64,000 nt of DNA from assembly GCF_009834535.1 (NCBI RefSeq), contig NC_045697.1:88538001-88602000 (forward strand), in the 5' to 3' direction. The notes below the pieces were generated by a model, which had not been told where the DNA came from, did no database searches, and saw nothing but the letters and a program-made list of their open reading frames with translations. This stretch comes from Camelus ferus. Taxonomy: Eukaryota. The translations under genes and the position numbers were made by a program. Shown here piece after piece: positions 24,701-38,050 of this stretch; position 1 is the stretch's first letter; each line of letters starts with the position of its first letter.

Positions 24701-27700
24701 CCCCTCAACACCACAACACACACACACACACACACCTTTTTAGCTCCATTTTATACCCTTGATTTTGCGTCAAGACTGAAATCTTTGCAATAACCTCTAG
24801 CAAGCTGTTGTTGGCCAAATTTTCTAATCCAAACAATTTGAATACTTCTTAGATTATCAAATCTTAGACGATTTTCTCAACTCATCTTGCATATTAGTTC
24901 AACTTCTAAGATTTTTTTTACCGTTTGAGTCATTCTAAAGGGATCTGACCTCTACGCTTGCCTTCCACACAGACTACTCACACTTTGATCTGCCATATTG
25001 TTCTCACATCTATCCTTTGTAAAGGAAAATAAAGTTCTAAAATAGTCTTAAGAAGTCTCTGTGAATTCAAGGTTGTCTTTGATCATTTTTGGAGAGTTTT
25101 TGTTCACAAACAATGTATTTCCCTCAGGTAAAACAGAAAGTCTCTAACACAAATGAACATATTTGGAAATAAATATACTGAAGGATGACTCACGGAATCA
25201 AAGCTAAATAGAAAGGACCTGAAAAGAGAAGGGGCTTGATGAGGAGCAAAAAAAGGGGTAGAGGGTTGTAGGTCTTTGCAAATTCAAAGAACAAAAGTGA
25301 CTGATGATGATGGAATCAGAAACTGAATGGTTGTGGTACATGTTGAAATCACCCAGGGGGATGGTAGTACCTAGGGAAGACTCAAAAAAGATGCTTTAAT
25401 GTTCAAAGAATGGTCATTAGTAGCCTTGATATTGGGAAAGAATAGCAAAGTGTAAGAATAAAGGGGCACAAGCTTCAGAACAACAGTTGAGAAGGGTGTA
25501 GGGTGTTAGTGTTCAGAAGCAGCAGTCAGGAGCATGTAGGGCACCATCCCACCTTCTGATTTGGAGGCAGTGGGGTGACGCACAATATTAGCTGCTTCCT
25601 CAGAGAAGTCTTCAAGGGGGACAGTCTCCTCATTGTTTACCACAGCTGAAGAAAGTGAAAAGGTGAAGTAAGATTTTATATAGCGAGGGAAGTTCCAAAG
25701 AAAGCAATATAAAGGTTTTGGGAAATGAATCCAGTAGGTAATTCAAGGATTGGTATAAAGTTGAGTATCAGTTGTTTGGTTTCTGTATCCTTAGGGTGGC
25801 AATAATCAGAATATATGTATTTAATTGTTTAGAACATCAGAATTAGAAATAACCACCCCCCCAAAAAAAAGAGTTTAAAAAAGGAAGTGAGCATAAATAC
25901 ATCTTAGAGGAAAAGAGAAACTTAGGGAAGAGAAGGAGGAAAGAAAGAAGCAAAAAGTGACATACAACAGCATGTTGTAAAAAGAAATGAATAGTCAGTG
26001 TGTGCGCTATTCAATACTAACTAGTTCAGATTTTGCCCACTCTTCAACTAGGTGATATCTTGGGGTCTGCACTTATGTTATGGTCTATTCCAATGTTTTC
26101 CAAAATATAGACAGAGAAACATTAATCCCAGGAGATATCTATTGAGAAGAGGATTTAATATGTGTGGAAAAAATTTTAAGATAAATTACCAAAAATTTGG
26201 AACTAAGGATGACACGTGTCCTTTCAATGGTGTGCTTGGATTATCATCTAACAGGTCCACTTCAGATTATTTATTTAAGAGGAGGTACAATTTGTTTTTT
26301 GAAGTACAATTTAAATATTGATCAGGAGCCAGGTTTTGTGAAGTACATGTTAATTCTATGTGAGAAAGAGATTACAAATTAATTCTGATGAACAGAAATG
26401 ATTACCTCAAAGGTTATCCTTTGACTGTCCTGTCAGACATAAACCAGTTTTGTCTCTAATTTAGCAAATTTACTTCAGCATGCCTTTTTTGATGGACTAA
26501 ATAAATTTCTACTGTTCAAATCACTATTCTGCTAGTTTTCACATGAATGAATAAAATAAATCTTTGTCATATGCTCTCATTACATTTTATGAGTGATGTT
26601 TTTAACTTTAAGAAAAGTATGCTTTGGAATATATTTTTATGCTACACCTTCTTCCCAAAGATTCTTAGTGTAAGTTAGTAATTAAGAATTCTGAGCAGAC
26701 TTCTTGTAAAGAAAACTGTGTTCATTTGTTTAGCCAGGAAATTTGTATTTCCCTGTTTCCTGAGTAAAAACACTTTGTGAAATGTTGTTCTTTACAATGC
26801 CAATACCTGTAAGAGAAATCATAATTAAATATCCTATTGATATGAACAATCATATTATACAAATGTTACACTGAATCCTAAACTTTCAGTTTTATAAGTC
26901 AGTAGTGAGGTCAATATAGAGGCAGATAGACAGATAGGTAGATATGAGCAAATTCCAAACTTATCAAATTTGTCCTCTACATTGATACAAGCTAAGTGAC
27001 GCTGAACAGTAGAAACTGAGAAGATGGGCTCATAATGTTAACGTGAATTCACCTGTATATTCACTGAAAGTCAGATATATCTGCTGATGAAGAATGTAAC
27101 ACACATATAACTTCCACAAAAATGATAAACCAAATCTTTGCTGTTGACTTAATCACACCAGCGGAGAGGCCACAGGAGAGATGGGGATCCATTTTCAGCA
27201 ATGAACAAACATTTTTTTAAGAAGCTGAAAGGACCACAGAAGATGCTGGAAAAGATTTTTCTAGGTTTGCTCTTTTCTTGACCCATCACACTCCTAACCT
27301 CAGTGTTGTAGCAAGAATGTTCTGGAGTCCAACTAGGAGGGGAGCTCTAAGTACAGGAAGTGAGGCATCCTGTGAATATTTGCCTTCCCTCTCCTCCCCT
27401 CTTTCCCTCTGTATAAGGCAATGGTGTCAATGAGGGATGGTCTCAAAAAAAACAAACAAAAAAACAAAAACAAAAAAACAGGCGAGCCCAAGGCTTGAGG
27501 CCTAAAACACTCCTTTGCAGATAAAGGATTCCAGAAAAAAAATGGAGTAGATGGTCACACTCAGATGTCAATCAAGATTCTCTGTGCCCTGAAATGTGTC
27601 TTTTTCCATCCCACAAACCTACCCCTTGGTTCATATGCTAAGGTCTAGGGTTTTATCTTTTCTAATAATCATTATTAGTAGATAACTGATAATACCAATC

Positions 27701-27759
27701 AGTCATATGATGAATTCATTATGAAGTTTGAATGAAACAACTACAAGAGAAAACAAAGA

Positions 27760-29200
27760 ATGTGAACAACCTAGACAAGAGGAAGGAACTCTAATGAAGC
27801 AGACAGACATGGACTAAAAACAGGCATAGTGATGTGCACAGCATGATGGGAAAAAAGATTGGAAGCATGAAGCAGAAATTGGGATATTAACAAGAATTCA
27901 CTGGAGATATTGGTTATGAGAAGGCAATTTTGGAAATAAAGGACTTAGCATACGGCCTTGATAGCAGACTGAATTTGGCCAAAGAATAAAATAGTGAGCT
28001 AAAAAGCTAGTCTAGGAAGTTCCCTAGAATGAAGAGACAAAAAATAAAATACAGTAAAATAAAAATAAGGCATAGAAGCAGAAATCTAACCATGAGCTGT
28101 GAAGAGGAACTCAGAAGCAGAAATAGTACCTGAGAGGAAGAAAATACTTTAAAAATAATGATTGAGAATTCATCTCCCCTACAAAAAATGTCTGAGATCT
28201 CATTTTGAAAGGCAAGTGGGATGCTGAGAAAGAGGAAAAATATGCATTTAGAGACCTAGTAGTGAAATAATAGCAAAATATCAAAGATGAAGATGACATT
28301 TTAATGCTTCTAGTGAGAAAAAGCAGATCACCTCCAAGAATCAAGGCTGAGAAGTCAGTGACACCAGCTTTCTCAAGGGAAAAAATATAACATTGTTTCC
28401 AAAGTTTTGAAGGAAAATATATCTAAACCTAGAATCTTCTCTCCAGTTAAATTATTTAAATGTAAGCTAAGAAAAATATGTTTAGGATTAAATGGATTCA
28501 GAATATTTACCACAAAAAGATCTTCTCAGAAAGAAGATTGTAGAGTGAATGTATTATATCTAGAAGAGAAATAAAGCTGGGTGAAATGCATTAAGATATG
28601 GAAAATAAGGTTAGTTATAGAACTTATTGAAGTTTATTGTTGTCTAAGAAAACAATGTTTTAAAAAATGTATACTCATAATAATCCACAAATAAACTCTA
28701 GACAATATTGACAGGTAGGGGTGGTATTTGAGGAACAGGAGACCAAAAAAAAGGTGGTAAAAGCAAAACAAGATTCTTTCCTTGCTCCATATACAGACAT
28801 ATATATTATAAAGCAGTAGACACTGATTAAAATATAAATAAATGACATGCAAATGTATAAGCTCCACACACAAAAGAAAAAGAAAAAAAAAAAAAGACAA
28901 TATATCTATTATAAGCCTGAAAGGTAAATGAAGCAAAATATAGTGTAGCGAATATAAAAAGATAATTCAGATAAAAGAAAACCCCCAAATAATTCACAAC
29001 AAGGCAAATGGTTTAACTTGTCAATTAAAATATTTTATCTCCATATTGGCTACAATTCAAGTCCCTGCAATTCACTTTGAACAAGAGCTTTACTTCAGAC
29101 ATATTTACATAAGAGATATACTTAGAAAATAGAGGTCAGAAAGATTGACGATAATTTGAAGGAAAAAAATAAAACCAGAAGAATATCTTTCAAAAAATAG
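27760..29200 (+). mobile_element. Ancient L1/HAL1 ORF1-region remnant
   Basis: A-rich strand with ORF1-like motifs (gatagcagactgaatttggccaaagaataaaatagtgagcta; aacctagaatcttctctccagttaaattat); no intact frame. Confidence 0.6.
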
Positions 29201-29859
29201 TCATAAAATGAATTTTGGTATCAAACTAAATATAACTTAGTGTAAAACATCCTAAGAACAAAGAAAGTTTCCTTTGTAACCGAGTATTATACCCTTCTGT
29301 CTACTGTTGACTTTATCTTTTTCTTTATTCAAAGTGAAGTAAGCACAAAACAACTTTTAAGAAAACTCCTAGGTACTAGAGAAGCCCTATGATTTATGAA
29401 ATATGCATCGCACTTGGTTTGTCTTTCCACTTTCACAAGGCCTCATAGAAAGATTTCCCCCATCGTGCAAAGGGAAAAATGGAGTTAATTGAAACACTCG
29501 CTTTAATTCATCATTTGAATGATGGCAAAGGGAAACACCCCGAATTTATTTTTCCTAGTAATTGTATCTAGTTATCTTTATTTTTAACGAATTTCTCTTT
29601 TCTTGGATCTCCTCCAAGTCTGTCGTCACTCTATCGATCAGCAGCAGAAAACAGAGAAATCGTCGGAGCCTCTCCTGGAATGAAGTAGCGGCTGTACGGA
29701 AAACGGCAGGGCCAAGTCAACCTAGCACTCAAAATAGAATTCAAATCTCATGATAGCTACAACCACAGTGTGCCAAGAGGGAAACAGAAAAGGAATTGTT
29801 CCCAAACGAAGGAGGAGGGAAAGCAGCCTGGAGTAGTCACACTCTCAGTTCTGCGAATA

Positions 29860-29945
29860 ACTTGCATTATGTCCTTGGGTGATTCACTTAGTTTCCCTGG
29901 GTTTTGGATTCCCCTCTGTAAAATGAGAGGATTGGACTAAATCAG
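29860..29945 (+). mobile_element. MIR SINE fragment
   Basis: tgtccttgggtgattcacttagtttccctggg...ctctgtaaaatgagaggattggacta. Confidence 0.65.
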
Positions 29946-30947
29946 TAGTTTCCAAATTATAAGCCTTGGAATATTTGCAAGAAAGCCTTGAATTCATATG
30001 CTTTATGTATTTCCACCATTGCCAGGGTCGAAAAGCTCAGTTGTAGTCAGGTGACGGGGAAAAAAAAAAAAAGTTTATTTATTTATTTATTTTTTTTAAA
30101 CAGTCTTCATTCGGAAACCTTTAAGACCTACTGGTGAAATATGTGAAGTCTTTTCAGACTATAGAATGCCACTGTTTTATGAGTTAGATATCCAGAGGTG
30201 TATGATTCCTGATTGAAATCTTTCTCCTGAAACAGTATTGTCATTGAAGGGCAATGAGGTTGCAGTTAGGGGACTATGGTTTTCCAAGCCAGACTGGCAC
30301 TCATCAATCATTACCTTAGGCAAGTTATGTAAATGTTTATTTTCTTCATTTGAGATGACTATTTGAAAAGGCTTAGACTAAATTTAAAGTGTTCTTCAAA
30401 TATAAGGTGCTTTTATTGGTCAACTATTCTCAGCCAAGAAAAATGCTACATTTGCAGAGCAGGAACCAGAATTAGCTGACAGGTCCTCTATCCTTGTAGC
30501 TGCTTCAGCTTCCTTTCCTTTTACCCCTTCCACATTAACATGCTACTCATCTGTCTAGTTATTTTTCCACTCGTAGGCTCATCTATTATTTGTGGTTTAA
30601 GGCTCTTTAACGCTTAATCATTCAAGCAGAAATACTTGCTATTTTTAGAAAAGAAGTAATATAGATTCTTATAAACAGTTTAAAGCAAGCCAATAGATTG
30701 AGTAGAATTGAGTAGAATTATCATAATTTAATATAATTTTATATGCATAGAACTCTTCCTTCTTCCTCTTTGTGTTTGTCAGTTTCAAAAAAAAATATGT
30801 GATTCCTTTTTTCTTAGCTCTTTCTTTTCTCTGTGAGCCTATGAATAAGTGCTTGTGAGTGTGTCCATTTATCCCTCTTTCAGAATAATGCTTAGTCCAA
30901 GGCTTCCGTTTATATTTTGGTCAATTATTCATTTATCTTTGAGTCCC

Positions 30948-31913
30948 TAGTATATACAAGCAGCTCACATAGCTCAATTAAAAATAACAAACAACCCAAT
31001 AAAAAAAATGGGCAGAAGATCTAAATAGACATTTCTCCAAAGAGGACATACAGATGGCCAACAGGCACATGAAAAGATGATCAACATAACTAATTATTAG
31101 AGAAATGCAAAGCAAAGCTACAGTGAGGTACCACCTCACACTGGTCAAAATGTCCATCATCAAAAAGTCTAAATAAATGCTGGAGAGGGTGTGGAACAAA
31201 AGGAACCCACCTATACTGTTAGTGGGAATGTAATTTGGTGTAGCCACTATAAAGAACAGTATGGAGGTTCCTTAAAAAACTAAAAATAGACTTACCATAT
31301 GATCCAGCAATCCTACTCTTGGGTGAATATCTGGAGAAAACTGTACTTCGAAAAGACACATGCATCCAGTGTTCACAGCAGCACTATTTACAATAGCCAA
31401 GACATGGAAGCAACGTAAACATCCATCAACAGATGACTGGATAAAGAAAATATGGTGTGTGAATGAAACACTACTCAACCATAAAAAGAAGTGAAATAAT
31501 GCCATTTGCAGAAATATGGATGGACCTAGAGATTATCATACTAAGTGAAGTAAGTCAGAGAAAGACAAATATATGATATCATTTATTTGTGGAATCTACA
31601 AAAAAAATAACACAAATGATATTATTTACAAAACAGGAAGAGACTCAGAGACAGAGAAAGTAAACCTATGGTTACTGGGGCAGAGAGGGAGTGGGAGGGA
31701 TAAACTGGAAGTTCGGGATTGGCTGACACAAACCACTATGTAGAGAATAGAGAAACAATAAGGTCCAATTGTACAGCACATGGAACTGTATTCAATGGCT
31801 GGTAGTAATCTATAATGAAAAATACACACACACGTATATATAACTGAATCACTTTGCTGTACACCAGAAACTAATACAACATTGTAAATTAAAAAATAAA
31901 AAATAAATCAAAA
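30948..31913 (+). mobile_element. 5'-truncated LINE-1 (ORF2 C-terminal part, 3' UTR, A-tail)
   Basis: aaatgggcagaagatctaaatagacatttctccaaagaggacatacagatggccaacaggcacatgaaaag; A-rich tail at ~31890-31913; 25-bp TSD at 30923-30947 and 31914-31938. Confidence 0.96.
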
Positions 31914-32499
31914 AATTATTCATTTACCTCTGAGTCCCGAATGATTGCCTCCATGACCACTGAGACTGCTCCTGTTCTGTGAGGGCTGCTCAGTTTGCTG
32001 AGGGACCAAAAGAAGTTCACTTCTTTTCTAGTCCCTGGATTCCACTCCTTCTGAACTCAGGTCACGTGAGCAGATGGATTCATTTGGAAATGGAAATAAT
32101 GGTTATCTCCGGAAACAGAAGGGATTAGTGCTTTGCATGTCTGGATGGCTGAAGCATTCTGCTTTCAGAATTATTAAAGATTCTGCTTAAAAGTAACAGA
32201 GATTCCTCAATGCTCAACAATTTTAATCTTCAATTAACTTTTAATCACTCTTTTAACAATGTCTTACAGATATGGATGAATGGTACAAGAGGTCAGCAAA
32301 CTTAATATTCATTGGAAGATGTGATTAAGTAAAGAAATTTTTTTTTTACTTCAGTAAAACACATGAACTAATTTTAAGGGAAGAAGGGGAAAAGGTTCTC
32401 TACAAGCTAATAATAAGGAATAAATATTTCTATATTCAACATGCTTGGCAAACAGACACAGGATTATTTTGGTAAATTGATATGTTATTCTTAAATATT

Positions 32500-32980
32500 A
32501 TCCTAACTACAGATTCATATGTCCAAGCTCCTACTTGAAATCCTATTTGAATGTCACTTAAAATGTGCCAAACTGAGTTTCTAATCTCTCCCTCCCCAAC
32601 ACTAGCCTACTTTTCTTAACATTGTTGGCATTTCAGTTAATGGCAGCTCATTCCTCCCAATTTCAAAGAATAAAACCTTGGAATCATCCTTGATTTTTTT
32701 CTCTTTCTTTTTCACAACAAATCTAAAGGTAAATTCAGTTAACTGGATTTTCAAAATGTATCTAGACTGTGACCTCTTCTCTTCACTCTTATGAAAGCTG
32801 CATTGCCTGGATTGTTTTACCCTTTCCACCCTTTATTGTTTTTTCTCAGAACAGCAGTCACACCTGCCCTATTAAAACTTCAGACAAATCATGTCACTCT
32901 TCTGGAAAGTCACTAATGACTTCCAATATCACTCAGAGAATAAAGCCAAAGTCATTAAAAGACCTAAGAATATCTATCTG
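32500..32980 (+). mobile_element. L2 fragment
   Basis: atgtgccaaaactgagtttctaatct...tttcagttaatggcagctcattcctcccaa...aaaccttggaatcatccttga. Confidence 0.7.
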
Positions 32981-33459
32981 ATTGGGCACTGTTTCCTAAT
33001 AATTTCGCTCTGATACAACTTTTGAATAGGATATCTCAACATTAATCCTATCCTCATTTCATTTGCAAAGCCCAAATCTAGGTTCTCTAGAATTCTCTAA
33101 ATTGTCTAGAATCTGGGATGTGAACAGTGTCCACCAATTAAATGCACTTGAAGCAGTTTAAAACATGGAAGCAAGGTAGAGGCCATCTTCCTTGCTCCTC
33201 ATGAGTACCTTCAGGCTGTTGCACTGGTGGCCTCAGCCTGTCCCCAATTTCATGCACATCTAGGCACTGGTGGTTTGATGGAGATATAATAGCCACCATG
33301 TTCTGTTTTCTCCACCACAGCTAAGATGGTGAGTCCTTCAGCTCTTTTAATCAGTGGTAGACCTCCTTAATCTCTGTGAACACATTATTCCCTGTGTTGA
33401 GTACTTTGTTCTGTTTGACATACAAAGAGAAGCATCTGCTTCTCATGTTCAACTTCTAT

Positions 33460-33785
33460 TGATACATGATCTCTTTCTCACTTAAATCTTTAGGAAAATG
33501 TCACTGTCTCAGTGAGCGCCTCATGGGCCATCTTATGTAAAATTTCACCTTCCCCAACACAATTTCTCTTTCCTTTCCAAGATTTATTTTTTCTTAGCAC
33601 TTTCCTCTTTTTAGCATACAATCTATTTCACATATTTTACCTGTCTTATTTTTTGCTGCCTCCCCCAAGAATGTGAGATTTATAAAGGCCAGGATTTTTA
33701 AAAATGACCTTTGCATACCCAGTGCCTAGAACACTGACTTGTACATTGAAGACACTCTGAAAAAAACCTGTTGAATGAATTAAGA
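33460..33785 (+). mobile_element. L2 3' end
   Basis: tgcctcccccaagaatgtgagatttataaaggccaggatttt...ccccagtgcctagaacactgact...gttgaatgaat. Confidence 0.75.
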
Positions 33786-34524
33786 GTCATGTGACTTCTT
33801 ATTCTGTACTCTCAGTGACACCTTATGTATATGTGCAAAAATGTAAGAATGTATATGTACACATACTGCTGTTGTATGTGCATTATTCATAAAAAGCAAG
33901 GTTTCTTTAAATATATTTTTTGTCGTGATGTGAGTGAAGTGGTATTCAGTACTTCAGCATAGTTTCCCTGCTTTTTCAGAGTTACAAAGCAGTGCTGTGT
34001 TTCAGGACCATACTGATAAATTGAAACAATAGCTACAAAATCTGAGAAGTATCCTAAATGGAAGAAGGAGTTCATTGTTGTGCTTTTTGACCTCAAATTC
34101 CATTTGGAATAACGTGAGAAAGGCATTTTAGTTTTCCAGTTGACCCCAGATATTTCATTGGTTTGATCAGGCCTTAAAGATTTTTATTTTTAGCTACTTA
34201 GCTGCATTAAATCTGTTTTCAGATTTTTGTGAAATGCTTCTCTGTAGCTTCTTTCTTTATTGTATTCAGTGTCCAGCAAAAGAGCAAGCAGAGGCAGAAT
34301 CTATAGACTCACTGGCCTCCTAGCTAATAGGGAAATTAACATTATGAAATGCAGCCTGCCTCCTGCTCATTCTTGTCCTCAATGGCTGTTTTCAAAGGCC
34401 ATGAATACTTCCCTTGCAAATAATTGGTGCCTCCTCCCCCATCCCCCACGGAAACACAGACACAGACACACTCAGACATGCATACTCCAGACCAGCACAC
34501 AAAAGAGGCACCCCTCCCCCAATC

Positions 34525-34529
34525 TCACT

Positions 34530-34564
<35 letters not shown>

Positions 34565-34573
34565 ACACGCACA
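34525..34573. repeat. (CA)n microsatellite
   Basis: Imperfect CA run of about 24 units. Confidence 0.92.
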
Positions 34574-34959
34574 GAACCCCAACTAAAAGGGAAAATCAAT
34601 ACTTGACCTTTTCAAACAGTGGAGTCAGGGAGGCTTCTATTTCTAGTATCTGATTTTTAACATTCAATTCCATATTTGGGATTAGTCAGGAGAGATCAAT
34701 GGCTTGTTTTATTATTATCAGGCGTCAGAGAAGTTGAAAACTTCAGGGATTATTTCGGGAAAAAGCATCCAAGCACAGAGATGATCTTCTGTTACACAGT
34801 TGGGTTGAATTGAGGAGTTACTCCTCTCTCTCGCCTTATCGGATCGCTGGTAATTTGGATTAAAGAAAGAAATGTAGTTCCCTTTAGGGCCTTAGAGTTG
34901 CTGTTTTTGATGTACTGCTTCTTTCTCCTTTTTTTCCCCTGGGTTTGTTTGCTCCTTAG

Positions 34960-35034
34960 GCACCTTCAGAATCATCTTATGTAATTTTTAGAGAAACAGA
35001 TCGAAGCCTCTGGAATCAATGAAACTCTGAGAAA
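34960..35034 (+). other. Candidate 75-nt non-coding exon
   Basis: Long polypyrimidine tract and ttag|g acceptor at 34959/34960; aaa|gtgagt donor at 35034/35035; stop codons in all three frames. Confidence 0.3.
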
Positions 35035-36042
35035 GTGAGTAAGATTAAGGGAACCTCAAACTGGCATAATATTATTTTTAGTATTAGCACATAGTTATTT
35101 ATGAACCTGTGAGTATTACAGGGCTGTCACATTTCTATTTTGTAAGGGCAATTTATGGTATGATGGACTGTCTTTTTTTAAGTAGGAAAGTACAGTGGTA
35201 TTCAGAATAGAGGAATGTCGCTCCCTGCCTGCACCCACCCTCTACCACCATGTATACACATTCTGCTGCATTGCTTTCAGGTTGCCACCAAAAAGTTCAA
35301 TACATCTGTTTGTTTTGATTAGTTTATTATACATTTTATGGATTTTACTTTAAAAAAAAGACTTTCCATCTGAAAAAGGCAAAGAAAATTGATTTAAAGA
35401 ACAAAGCATGGTCATTTATTAGAAATATTTAGTTGGCAGCAATAGGAATCCTCTAGATAAAACTATTATAAACTGACATAACTTGTTCTTTATGGGATTT
35501 TCAAATTATTGGCCCTGAAAAAATCTAATTAATTAATTAAGTGATGTGTCTTTCCTCCTATCCATTCATTTATGGTAGACAATTATTGAGGATTTACTAA
35601 CTGTCCAGTACAGCGAAAGAAGTGAAGGATACAAAAGATTCAGTTTTATTCCAAGTGCGTCACGGTTCAGTGCGGGAGACAGATTCCATCACGGTATAGT
35701 GGGTACACAGAGAGCAGCGTTTAAGTTACTTCAAGCTTGGGATGTTGCTGTACATAATGTTAAATTTACATTGTTGTCTTTGTTTAAATTCTCAAGGTCT
35801 TCGTCAATTAAAATATATCCCCTTTGGGAATTGTTATTCTTAAGCCTCAAAAAATTTTTTTTTGTTTTATAAATTGTGTCAAGTCAGGGCTTTAATTAAG
35901 ATGTTGCTAGTATTTATAAAGAGAACAGAAGTTTTGGTCTTTTGTATATTCCTGAGAAGGGCTGAAATGAGGCTTAATAAGAGTGTTTTTCTGTAGCATT
36001 GATTTCTTCAGAACATGGTGTTTGATAAGAGTTCAAAGGAAC

Positions 36043-36414
36043 TGTTGCTGGAGAATAGGGTCTTGTATTGTGTAGGAAAGAATTCAAGAGTGAGGCACAG
36101 TAAAGTGAAAGAAAGTTTATTTGTTTATTCAGGGAGATAAACACTCTATAGACAGAATGCGGGCTGTCTCAGAAGGGGAGAGAGCTACAGAGTTGTTAGT
36201 TTTTAATGGGCTTGGTTATTTCATATGCTAATGAGTAGGAGAATTATTCTAACTATGTTGGGAGAGGGCCGGGTGCCTGTGGGTGTGCAGTGAGGCTTAA
36301 ATTCTACTGGAAGGCGAATCTTCTGCCACCTTGGTCTCTAACCAGTTTACCCTGTCCTCAACTGCCATGTCAGTCCTTCAGCGGTTGTGCCCGGCCCCCT
36401 TCCCTCTGGTCTCA
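36043..36414 (-). mobile_element. ERV1-type solo LTR
   Basis: Begins tgttgc and ends tctca; perfect 4-bp TSD gaac (36039-36042 and 36415-36418); tttatt (antisense polyA signal) near the left end. Confidence 0.88.
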
Positions 36415-36465
36415 GAACTAGCCAGCTGATCGTGTGTTACAATACAGCAATGACCACAGTTTCAT

Positions 36466-37115
36466 TGTTATTGAACCCAAGTTCATGTGTCCAAAGAACA
36501 CTGAGGACAAACAAACTAAGATGCTGAAATTTGGAGTGCAGAAAGGTTTATTGCAGGGCTGAGAAAGAATAGGATGGCTCATGCTCAAAAGACCCGAACA
36601 CCCAGAAGAGTTTCAGGAAGTGTTTTTAGCGGCAAGGTGAAGGAGGGGAGTTGCAAGGTGAGTGATCAGCTCATGCACAATTCTCTGATTGGTTGGTGGT
36701 GAGGGAACAGGGCAGTGTCACAATGGTCAACACGATCAATCCTCAGGTTCCAGTAGGTCTGGGGGTTACTGGTGCTTATAGTCATCAAGTAGTTAATTTT
36801 TTCCATTTGGTGGGGGTTTTAGGATCTGTAAAACAACTCAGAAAGTGTGCATCAGATACTGTTATCCAGGTACTTCAGGGAGAAACTAAAGATTCTGTGC
36901 CTGCCGTATGACTGATTTACTATTTAAATTCTTACCAGTTCTCCTGTCCCAACCTCTATTTTTGTCACTACATGTTCACATCCTTTCAAACATTAATTCT
37001 TGAACCAAGGGGAGGCCTGTGAAACTACAATTTTTCTACAAAGAAGAGGTAGGCAGAGGACATGAGGTGTGGGGGTCTGCCCCGGGAAGGCCCCATAGCA
37101 TCCTGCTTGGTTGTA
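36466..37115 (-). mobile_element. ERV1-type solo LTR (different family)
   Basis: tgttattgaacccaag...gaaaggtttattgcagggc...tgatcagctcatgcacaattctctgattggttggtggtgagg...cctgcttggttgta; TSD is degenerate. Confidence 0.85.
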
Positions 37116-37429
37116 CCACACTTGTTTCCTCAGTTAGGAAATCATCAAAAGGACATGATTTTAACAAGCTCTTTGACATAAAAACATTCTTAATATGCCC
37201 ACGCTGAAGACATACTCTAAAAATTGTACTATTGTTTTAATTTACACTCATATTCTAGTAATATAATATAATCTATTGCTATAATTCAAGTTTAAATTAA
37301 TGTCCTGAAAATAAAAGATATATTCAGGGAGCTCTTGGTTTTTAGGATTTGCTTCTAAATTGTCCTTATTCAATTGTAATTCTTTGGACATTTTTTTCAA
37401 AACGTACTTGTGAAACATTTGGAATTAAT

Positions 37430-38050
37430 GTTGAAGTTATTTATCTTTTCTTTATCAATTGTGTAATATTTGCTAAATATGCACATGTAAGTTGTAAAAC
37501 ATAATAGAAAATTTAGGAGACTCCTATCTACTCCCTCATTTAAATGTTTTGTTAATTACTGTATCGTTTTATAAAATTACATTATCTATATGAATATTTG
37601 AGTGATATAGTATTTGATTTTGATTGAACTTTACATTTGTAAAAATAGTGTACTCCAGTCTTCTACATTTTCACTCAGTATTATATTCTTGAGACTCATA
37701 AATGCAGTTAATTATTATTCATTGCCATATATTTTATTGGTGAAATAAACCAATATTTTTTATCCATTCCCCTGTGACTGGTATTCGGGATGGTTCCACT
37801 TGGAGAAAATGTATCACATACAATCCTGTTATGAATATTTTTGTATACATTTCCACTAGCATATATTCTGAAGAATATGTACTTAAAAGGAAATTTCTGG
37901 ACCATTTGCAATGTTCAAGTTTAACTTGATAATTAATTTTTCAAAGATGTTATATTCATTTATAATGCCATAAAGTGTGCTATTTCCCATTGATCAAACA
38001 TTTTTTGCCAATATTAAATATTATTAACATTCATAATTTTTGTCAATATT
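37430..38050 (-). mobile_element. Ancient L1ME-type fragment
   Basis: T-rich antisense L1 ORF2-end/3' UTR-like motifs (tttatccattcccctgtga; ctgttatgaatattttgtatacat). Confidence 0.55.
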
